From assembly GCA_020184695.1 (NCBI GenBank), contig JAANOX010000230.1:1-64000 (forward strand): a DNA stretch of 64,000 bases. The letters run 5' to 3'. This document shows positions 55,175 through 64,000 of this stretch, piece by piece. This stretch comes from Histomonas meleagridis 2922-C6/04-290x. Taxonomy: Eukaryota; Protista; Parabasalia. Below the pieces are notes generated by a model that saw nothing but the letters and a program-made list of their open reading frames with translations, was not told the origin of the DNA and did no database searches. Both the position numbers and the translations under genes were made by a program. Positions within the stretch are counted from its first letter, which is position 1, and each line of letters opens with the position of its first letter.

Positions 55175-56626
55175 ATGGAACTCTTTGAAGCATTAGAATC
55201 CATAATTTTCATTCTTAAAATAGAAAATATTGAAACAGCAGTTCAATCAACAATAAATTTATTTGATGATAGCTTACCATATACATTTAATTATTTTGTT
55301 TCCAAGTTATTATATTCAGCTTTTGTTGTTCAAACAATCGACAAAAAGACAATTTTGAAATATTTAATAGAATTACAATCAAAAGAAGAAAAAGAAAAAA
55401 ATGTATTTGACCTATTTAATATCTTTTGTCATTATGTAATTAGATTAGAGTCGCAAGAATCATATTGTCTCCTTGAAGAAATGATTGAACAAGAAATGGT
55501 CCCTCCATGCCTTGTCAAAAAACTGAATACTTTATATTTTTCTCAATACAAAACAATAAATGAAATTCAAAATCAAAGATCGTCTATACCAAGATTCTAT
55601 GATAAATTCATATCAAATATTAAAGAACTATCAAAGAATGATTGGGAACTTCATAAACAATTAATTAAAGAAGAACATAATCCAAATGAAATTGCGAAAA
55701 TAATTCGAAATGATGAAATAGAAAAACTTCAAGAAATATCATCACAAACAAATTTTGAATTTAATCAAAGAATTGAGCCATCACTTTATGAAAGATGTTC
55801 ATTTATTAACAATTGGAAAGTTACATTAATTGATTATTCAGCATTTTTTGGATCAGTTAAATGTTTTAAGTATTTACTTATGAATGGTGCAAATGTAATA
55901 AACACAGGTAAATATGCAGTTGCAGGTGGAAATGAAGAAATCATTCATTTATGTGAACAAAATCATTCATCATTTAAAGAATCATATGAAGCAGCAATTA
56001 TGTTTCATCGAAGTGATATTTTTAAATATCTTTATGAAAATAAATTAGAGAAACTAAATGAAAATATTCAACAAGTTCCAACAAATAAATCTCCTTGTGG
56101 AAATAAACTAATATCTTGTGGAACAGCTTGGGGATTTAAAATTGAAAATAATCAACAAGTTCCAACAAATAATGCTAATTGGGAAAATAAAAATACACTT
56201 TTTGGAAAAGCTTGGGGATGTAATATTGAAAAGAAATCAAATGCTATTAATAAAATTATTAAGCAAAATTCGCAAATTAAGTCAACACCTTCTCCTTCTG
56301 AGAAGACACTTGTTGAAACTAGTAAAACAGAAAACAATACACTTATTTATCTCGGGAAAAAATGTTTGGAATTTAATAACTATAAAACTTTATCATATTT
56401 AGAAAAGGAAGGTCTGAAAATTGATGATATTACTGAAGATGTCGCATTAAATGGCAATACTTTTTTGATGAAATATATTGAAAATATACAAAATCAAAAT
56501 GCAATTTTATCGTATTCAGTTAGATCAGGAAATGTAGAAATAGTAAAATTACTTTTAGACAAAGGAATTGATGTTAATGCAAAATATATTCATTTGAATA
56601 ATTTGGAATATGTTTTAATAATTTAA
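55175..56626 (+). CDS. DUF3447-ankyrin family protein, first segment (probably continues through 15 modules to the stop at 59651)
   Basis: Conserved family core plus a ~95-aa insert. Reading ends in the first spacer (...NAKYIH LNNLEYVLII*). Confidence 0.85.
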   Translation: MELFEALESIIFILKIENIETAVQSTINLFDDSLPYTFNYFVSKLLYSAFVVQTIDKKTILKYLIELQSKEEKEKNVFDLFNIFCHYVIRLESQESYCLLEEMIEQEMVPPCLVKKLNTLYFSQYKTINEIQNQRSSIPRFYDKFISNIKELSKNDWELHKQLIKEEHNPNEIAKIIRNDEIEKLQEISSQTNFEFNQRIEPSLYERCSFINNWKVTLIDYSAFFGSVKCFKYLLMNGANVINTGKYAVAGGNEEIIHLCEQNHSSFKESYEAAIMFHRSDIFKYLYENKLEKLNENIQQVPTNKSPCGNKLISCGTAWGFKIENNQQVPTNNANWENKNTLFGKAWGCNIEKKSNAINKIIKQNSQIKSTPSPSEKTLVETSKTENNTLIYLGKKCLEFNNYKTLSYLEKEGLKIDDITEDVALNGNTFLMKYIENIQNQNAILSYSVRSGNVEIVKLLLDKGIDVNAKYIHLNNLEYVLII

Positions 56627-59315
56627 AATCTATTTTAATAATTTTTTATATGTTTTAATAATTTGGAATATGTTTTAATAATTTGAAACAGCACTTCATA
56701 TAGCAGTTAAAAATAATAATATAGAAATAGTAAAATTACTTTTAGACAAAGAAGGAATTGATGTTAATGCAAAAGATATTCATTTGAATAATTTGATATA
56801 TGTTTTAATAATTTGTAATATGTTTTAATAATTTGATATATATTTTAGTAATTTGAAACAGCACTTCATACAGCAGTTAGAAATAATAATATAGAAATAG
56901 TAAAATTACTTTTAGATAAAGGAATTGATGTTAATGCAAAATCTATTCATTTGAATAACTTGGTATATGTTTTAATAATTTATAGTATGTTTTAATAATT
57001 TATAATATGTTTTAATAATTTGAAATATGTTTTAATAATTTGAAACAGCACTTCATATAGCAGTTAAAAATAATAATATAGAAATAGTAAAATTACTTTT
57101 AGATAAAGGAATTGATGTTAATGCAAAAACTATTCATTTGAATAATTTAGAATATGTTTTAATAATTTGGAATATGTTTTAATAATTTGGAATATGTTTT
57201 AATAATTTGGAATATGTTTTAATAATTTGGAATATGTTTTAATAATTTGGAATATGTTTTAATAATTTGAAACAGCACTTCATATAGCAGTTAAAAATAA
57301 TAATATAGAAATAGTAAAATTACTTTTAGATAAAGGAATTGATGTTAATGCAAAAGATATTCATTTGAATAATTTGATATATGTTTTAATAATTTGGAAT
57401 ATGTTTTAATAATTTGGAATATGTTTTAATAATTTGAAACAGCACTTCATATAGCAGTTAAAAATAATAATATAGAAATAGTAAAATTACTTTTAGAGAA
57501 AGGAATTGATGTTAATGCAAAATATATTTATTCGAACAATTTTGGTTATGTTTTAATAATTTACAATATGTTTTAATAATTTAGAATATGATTTAATAAT
57601 TTGGAATATGTTTTAATAATTTAGAATATGTTTTAATAATTTGATATATATTTTAGTAATTTGAAACAGCACTTCATATAGCAATTAAAAATAATAATAT
57701 AGAAATAGTAAAATTACTTTTAGACAAAGAAGGAATTGATGTTAATGCTATAAGTTTTAATTTTAATAATTTGAAATATGTTATAATAATTTGAAACAGC
57801 ACTTCATATAGCAGTTAGAAATAATAATATAGAAATAGTAAAATTACTTTTAGATAAAGGAATTGATGTTAATGCAAAAACTATTCATTTGAATAATTTG
57901 ATATATGTTTTAATAATTTGGAATATGTTTTAATAATTTGGAATATGTTTTAATAATTTGAAACAGCACTTCATATAGCAGTTAAAAATAATAATATAGA
58001 AATAGTAAAATTACTTTTAGAGAAAGGAATTGATGTTAATGCAAAATATATTTATTCGAACAATTTTGGTTATGTTTTAATAATTTACAATATGTTTTAA
58101 TAATTTAGAATATGATTTAATAATTTGGAATATGTTTTAATAATTTAGAATATGTTTTAATAATTTGATATATATTTTAGTAATTTGAAACAGCACTTCA
58201 TATAGCAATTAAAAATAATAATATAGAAATAGTAAAATTACTTTTAGACAAAGAAGGAATTGATGTTAATGCTATAAGTTTTTAATTTTAATAATTTGAA
58301 ATATGTTATAATAATTTGAAACAGCACTTCATATAGCAGTTAGAAATAATAATATAGAAATAGTAAAATTACTTTTAGATAAAGGAATTGATGTTAATGC
58401 AAAAACTATTCATTTGAATAATTTGATATATGTTTTAATAATTTGGAATATGTTTTAATAATTTGAAACAGCACTTCATATAGCAGTTAGAAATAATAAT
58501 ATAGAAATAGTAAAATTACTTTTAGATAAAGGAATTGATGTTAATGCAAAAACTATTCATTTGAATAACTTGTAATATGTTTTAATAATTTGATATATGT
58601 TTAAATAATTTGAAACAGCACTTCATATAGCAGTTAGAAATAATAATATAGAAATAGTAAAATTACTTTTAGATAAAGGAATTGATGTTAATGCAAAAAC
58701 TATTCATTTGAATAATTTGATATATGTTTTAATAATTTGGAATATGTTTTAATAATTTGGAATATGTTTTTATAATTTTTAATATGTTTTAATAATTTGG
58801 AATATGTTTTAATAATTTAGAATATGTTTTAATAATTTATAATATGTTTTAATAATTTGGAATATGTTTTTATAATTTTTAATATGTTTTAATAATTTGT
58901 AATATGTTTTAATAATTTGTAATATGTTTTAATAATTTGTAATATGTTTTAATAATTTGTAATATGTTTTAATAATTTGAAATATGTTTTAATAATTTGA
59001 CACAGCACTTCATATAGCAGTTAGAAATAATAATATAGAAATAGTAAAATTACTTTTAGATAAAGAAGGAATTGATGTTAATGCAAAATATATTCATTTG
59101 AATAATTTAATATATGTTTTAATAATTTGTAATATGTTTTAATAATTTGATATATATTTTAGTAATTTGAAACAGCACTTCATACAGCAGTTAGAAATAA
59201 TAATATAGAAATAGTAAAATTACTTTTAGACAAAGAAGGAATTGATGTTAATGCAAAATATATTCATTTCAATAATTTAAAATATGTTTTAATAATTTGG
59301 AATACGTTTTAATAA
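56594..59315 (+). repeat. Homogeneous array of 14 ankyrin modules (FETALHIAV(K/R)NNNIEIVKLLLDK(E)GIDVNAKxIH) separated by spacers built from a 20-bp minisatellite
   Basis: Spacer lengths 88,68,88,128,68,128,28,68,128,29,48,48,288,68,48. Unit AATAATTTGGAATATGTTTT. Longest tract 58708-58995. Confidence 0.92.
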
Positions 59316-59651
59316 TTTGAAACAGCACTTCAAATTGCACAACAATTAGGTTACACAGAAATCGTAAATTTACTCCTTGAAAAAATTACAAACGAAAATT
59401 CTAATTCAGATTCCTCTTCTACAAATATCAAATCTTCATTTTCAACAAGAAATAGAAATGAAGCGCATATTGCTAATAATCAAAATCAACTCAAAGATCG
59501 AATGTATGCAGAAAAAAATCGAAATAATAGTATCAAAACAAAAGTTGATATAAACACACAAACATATGAAAATCATCAAAATTGCAATATACAACATAAC
59601 AAATATCCCCACAAAGCAAAACGTAAATACATAAACACAATAATATTATAA
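59316..59651 (+). CDS. Putative terminal coding segment of the 55175 gene: last ankyrin module plus an Asn/Ser-rich tail
   Basis: 112 open codons with no start codon of its own: FETALQIAQQLGYTEIVNLLLEKITNENSNSDSS...KYINTIIL*. Confidence 0.65.
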   Translation, partial: FETALQIAQQLGYTEIVNLLLEKITNENSNSDSSSTNIKSSFSTRNRNEAHIANNQNQLKDRMYAEKNRNNSIKTKVDINTQTYENHQNCNIQHNKYPHKAKRKYINTIIL

Positions 59652-60648
59652 AGTGCATTATATGAAAAACTTCAACAAATAATTTTTGGAAAAAATATTG
59701 CAAAGATAATGCATAAATATTTCATAATAATCGCTTTGAGTTCAATTGAATAAAAATTTTGATATCTGCAATTGTTCTTAAGGTATTTCTTCCGTATTTA
59801 ATGATAATTTCATTGGTTGCATCATCGTTTAGAAAATGAAACAGTTTAATTTCCATTTTACAGGAGTTATACACATAAACCATTGACTTTTTTGGTAATA
59901 TTTTTGATTTTTTTAGTACTTCAGAAATAAATATAGCTCGGATTTAGTGTACACGCACTTTTGCCGATAGTATACACGGGAGCAAAAGTAAGAAAAACAA
60001 AAGAAGCAGAATAAATGCATTTATTCTTTATTTCATGATCAATTTAGAGGAGTTTTATGTAATTCTTGTCAATCTGTTGAATAAAAATTTTTTATTATGG
60101 AACTTATACTAAAGCTATTTAATATTCCACATAGATTGTTTTATAACGAGTGATATAAGTTCAAAATCGTAATTTCAATAATGTAAATTTAACATTGCTT
60201 TTAAATACAAGGATGGCATGATGTAACTTTACAAATGGAATATGTGCATAGTTAGAAACCAAAAATATATATCTCGTATTTTCTTATTAATATTGAGCTT
60301 TTTCATATTTAATAATTCTTTATATTTAAAAGCCTATTTAGAAATCAATTTCATTTTTATTTCGAAAATAGATAGTATTTAAATAAATAGATATTTTTAA
60401 TTGTTGTCAATTTGACAAATTGAAAATTTATAATAATAAGTTTTTATGTTTTTTATTGGATAATCATTATTCAACATTTATTGGAAATATTTATCCTCTG
60501 CAAATATAAAATTTACTTAAAAATCTTTTGATTTATTTTACATTATGTTCAATCAATAATGTCTGTTTGGCAAAATTCAAATAATTTTTCAATACTTTAC
60601 ATTATTCTATTGTTTTGTTATATTTATTTGAAAAGTGGCAGATTCGCC

Positions 60649-61161
60649 ATGAATTCCATGTTCGGTCGCATTTACAATATATTTTTTATGGGTACAATAA
60701 CCATTTGTATTGTTGGTGTGATAGGTGCTATTTTAGCACTATGTTATTCTGTTGAAACTCCTGTATCATTTGAAGTCGCAAATATTACTGGTTTCGGAAG
60801 AACTAAACGTGGATTTGAGGAAGCTGCGCTTACATTTAATATTGATGCTGACTTGACACCATTGATGCATTTAAACACAAATTTATTTTACACATACATA
60901 GTTGCTGAATGGGGCGAATCGAAAACAGACCAACACAGCGTTACGCTTTGGAATGAGCTTATCAAAAAATCAGATCCACACTTTGTCGCTCACAATATTC
61001 CAGGAAATTTCACACTTAGACAAGTTGGACCTTCAATTAAAGGGAAAACAGTTCAACTTCATTTTAAGATTCAACAAGTTCCCTATGTAGGAATCCTCCG
61101 AACCCGTACTTTGTTAACAAAAGAATTGAAATTACCAAATAAATATATTTATCCAAAATAA
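60649..61161 (+). CDS. SPCS3: Signal peptidase complex subunit 3 (SPC22/23)
   Basis: MNSMFGRIYNIFF + TM, ADLTPLMHLNTNLFYTYIVAEW and SVTLWNELI match the SPC22 pattern. The ATG at 60649 is preferred over the ORF-track start at 60559. Confidence 0.8.
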   Translation: MNSMFGRIYNIFFMGTITICIVGVIGAILALCYSVETPVSFEVANITGFGRTKRGFEEAALTFNIDADLTPLMHLNTNLFYTYIVAEWGESKTDQHSVTLWNELIKKSDPHFVAHNIPGNFTLRQVGPSIKGKTVQLHFKIQQVPYVGILRTRTLLTKELKLPNKYIYPK

Positions 61162-61561
61162 TTCCCACAACTGTCACCAACAAATAGCCAGGAAATAGAG
61201 TAAATATTTCTTAATTTGATTTTTGGAATTATATGAATCTATGGTTAAAGTTTTACATAAATAAAAAAAGACATTTAATGGTGATATAACAAAATGGGTT
61301 TCTATCTCGTTGATTTAAAAGATGAAACATAATTTGATTAATCAAATTTAAAAAAAAAAAGTTCTAATAAAACCTTTGTTAGCATACCATACTTGCCCTC
61401 ATTTGGTTGGTTAAAAATAAAATTATTTGAGATGATCTTGCTGTTGTAACTGGTGTCAGTTCGCTCTCCAAGGTTTGATTGAAGAGAAATGTCCTGCCGA
61501 TAAAGAAATTGAATGCTTAAGTATCGTTCCCAATTAAAGTAAACTACACAAAAATTTTATT

Positions 61562-62244
61562 TTGGGTGCTGTCGACTTTTTCAGAAGATTTTTTCAATGT
61601 GCAAATCAAAACAATTCCGAAATGAGAAATTCATCCAGAAACATTGATAAAGGAGCTGAAACAAGGAAGCTTGTGATCATAGGAGCAGAAGGAACCGGAA
61701 AAACATCTCTTATCAATAGATTTGTAAAAGATGAATTTTTACAAACACAGCAAACAATCGGTGCAGCACATTCCATTAAAGAAATCGAAATCAATGGGGA
61801 ACGAGTAACCCTTGGTATATGGGATACAGCAGGACAAGAAAAATATCGTTCATTGGCACCAAATTATTATAGAGATGCAGAAGCCGCAATAATTGTTTAT
61901 GATGTAACGTCAAAAAAACACTTGAAGAAGCTCAAGGTTGGGTTGTTGAATTAAAAGAAAATGGACCTCCAAATGTAATTATTGCTTGTGCTGCAAATAA
62001 GTATGATTTCGAAGTAAAAGAACATCAAATTACTGAAGATATGATGGAGGAATTTGCTCAAAAAAATCAAATTACAATATCTTTTGAGACATCAGCTAAA
62101 ATTGATCTTAATGTTAAAGATCTTTTCCAGTCTGTTGCCAAAGAAATTATCAGTGCTAGCACAAAAATTGAAGCAAAGACGAATACTGTTGAAATTACAT
62201 CTGTTGAGAAACCTAAAAAAAACAAATCCTGTTGTAAACAATAA
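61562..62244 (+). CDS. Rab-family small GTPase (Rab5-like), with a 1-nt frameshift in an A-run
   Basis: GAEGTGKTS, TIGAA, WDTAGQEKYRSLAPNYYRDA. After adding one A at 61912-61918 it continues TLEEAQGWVVEL...AANKYD...FETSAK...CCKQ. Confidence 0.85.
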
Positions 62245-62569
62245 ATATTTTTTTTTTTATAATAAAAATGACTTTTTTCTTTGAACCAATAATTTTGATA
62301 ATATTAACTTCAATTTTTCTCGTATTTTCAAAACAATGTATTAATTTTAATTGATTGAAAATTATTATCTTTATCACAAATTTTAATTTGGCCAAGCAAA
62401 TTTAATGAAATTCTTTGACATTGATGTCAACTATTTTTTACCATTGCATATCTCGATGTCTTTGATGAAAATAAATAATTGTTACGAGTTATTTGACAAG
62501 GTTTGTTTGAAGACATGTGTCCTGTGCGAAAGACGTTAATCAGATATATTTAACGTTCGTCTTAGATTT

Positions 62570-64000
62570 ATGTCCGAGCTTGGCAAATATGATAAGCCAA
62601 AAAATCGGATAGATATATCAAGGAAACGCTCATTTTCAATGTATAATGGGCATGCTCACAAAAATACTACAATCAATTTACAGAATTTCAAAATTGGTCC
62701 AAAAAATAACAGAATTTTTAGATCAACATCAACAAATCAAAAAAATAGTCTATGCACAAAAATATATGACACACCGATTGAAAACTTAATACTGCAAGCA
62801 AATTATGTTTTTGATTTCAAAATTTTATTAAGACCAAACTTAAACAAAATGATAATATCTCGTTTTCAAAAAGAGGTAGAAAGGAAGGAAAGCGTTTTAA
62901 ATGTTTTGAAGAAAAAGCTCAAAACTAAGGAAGCTGTTGATTTTTTATCACCTTCACAAATTCAAGCGCTTTTACACATGATTGAAATCAACATTATTCA
63001 CGATACCTCAGTTGAGCAAAATGAACATTCAATTAAACAGATATTACTTTGTCATAAAATCTTCACAAATTTGTTGTTTTTATGCGACCATGAAAAAATT
63101 GTCACATACCTTCAAAAACAGTTTTCACGAAACATAGTCGAAATTCTAGCAACGCCAAACAAAGAAGAACAAGATGCAACATTGAAAACGATAAATGCCA
63201 TCTATGGAAGAATTCCATCACATCGGTCTGTTATTCTGGCCACGCTTGTGCATATGATTTGTTGTTATATATCAGATATGATTACAGTTAATTGTGTTAA
63301 TCCAATTTTAATTTTTTTTGACACTTATTTCCGTTCTTTTCAAAGGACAATCAGTAAGACGTTCATCAACTTGTTCAAGCAAAACATTTTCCCACTTTTT
63401 AACACAAAAGATCTTGAAGTTTTTTTTGAAAATTTATCCAAGGTCACTGTTTTTTTGTGTTCAAAGGACTCAGACCTAATTCAATGGTGTACAACTTACT
63501 TAATGAAACATTGGCCAATCTGTAACCCCAATAAAATTGTTGATTTCTTGAAGATCATATCTCAAATTGGAATTTATTTCAATGTCAAAACCGACGACAC
63601 TTTTCTATCGTCTGTTTTAAAAAAAATTTCAGAATGTATCAGATCAAAGAATGCAAAGATAAGCAAAACAGCATTAGAAATATGTGGGGATCCCAATTAT
63701 GTTGAATTATTTTCAGATCATTATGATATTGTAGTTGAAATCATTGTTCCTGCTATTCAAGATTCATGTAATCATTGGAGTGAAGAAATTTGTGCATTAT
63801 CAAAAAGCGCTATGAAAACAATGGAAAGTAAAAACATTAAAATTCGAAGTTTTGATTCTGGAAATGAAACTTCAAAAGAAGAAGAAGAAGAATATAAAAA
63901 GAATTGGGAAATCATCTTTAATCAGGCAAAAGAATTTTTCCCAAATATTACATTTGCTGATCCATCTGCAGAGTATGCATGTATTCAGCAAAAAAGTTGT
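62570..64000 (+). CDS. PP2A regulatory subunit B56 (B') family protein, runs off the window end
   Basis: 477 open codons from ATG 62570, not in the ORF track because no stop is reached. Motifs EEQDATLKTINAIYGR, KHWPICNPNKIVDFL, SKNAKISKTAL and NHWSEEI. Confidence 0.8.
   Translation, partial: MSELGKYDKPKNRIDISRKRSFSMYNGHAHKNTTINLQNFKIGPKNNRIFRSTSTNQKNSLCTKIYDTPIENLILQANYVFDFKILLRPNLNKMIISRFQKEVERKESVLNVLKKKLKTKEAVDFLSPSQIQALLHMIEINIIHDTSVEQNEHSIKQILLCHKIFTNLLFLCDHEKIVTYLQKQFSRNIVEILATPNKEEQDATLKTINAIYGRIPSHRSVILATLVHMICCYISDMITVNCVNPILIFFDTYFRSFQRTISKTFINLFKQNIFPLFNTKDLEVFFENLSKVTVFLCSKDSDLIQWCTTYLMKHWPICNPNKIVDFLKIISQIGIYFNVKTDDTFLSSVLKKISECIRSKNAKISKTALEICGDPNYVELFSDHYDIVVEIIVPAIQDSCNHWSEEICALSKSAMKTMESKNIKIRSFDSGNETSKEEEEEYKKNWEIIFNQAKEFFPNITFADPSAEYACIQQKSC

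Noticed and set aside
56594-59315. CRISPR-like repeat/spacer appearance of the module arrays
   Set aside because: The context is eukaryotic with no cas genes. The conserved units are ~100-nt ankyrin coding modules and the spacers are related to each other, not unique.

Overview
Eukaryotic, very AT-rich, gene-dense and essentially intron-poor DNA from a parabasalid (trichomonad). The 18S 5' end TACTTGGTTGATCCTGCCAAGGAAGCACAC and the AT-rich rRNA suggest the Histomonas/Dientamoeba group (inference). Bases 1-4725 hold an rDNA unit on the minus strand, with the 28S running off the window edge. The rest is housekeeping genes: GT47, a 4-domain saposin-like protein, gelsolin-like, Tvp15, GAPVD1-like, PHD/SET-like, SAPS, eIF4E-like, IST1-like, kinesin, CFAP20, ARPC5, RPS29, M18 peptidase-like, bromodomain, YhhN, TMEM62-like, SPCS3, Rab and PP2A-B56. 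Interspersed are a bacterial-type DUF4440 gene, a 1.3-kb P-element-like deletion derivative, and several copies and remnants of a DUF3447-ankyrin family. The main observation is that the ankyrin tails of this family are chains of open 33-34-codon modules, each separated at the same point (D/N-I-Y | F-x-T-A-L) by a non-coding AT-rich spacer of almost invariant length: 68 nt in 17 of 21 cases, and 8+20n nt at a locus where a 20-bp minisatellite expanded. The spacers lack usable GT-AG ends and carry a TTTGGAAATT motif at a fixed distance from the next module. Three arrays end in a terminal module with its own tail and stop codon. This resembles an undescribed class of non-canonical intervening sequence or a cassette system; the mechanism cannot be determined from DNA alone. 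The assembly also shows homopolymer indels (Rab and gelsolin-like genes).
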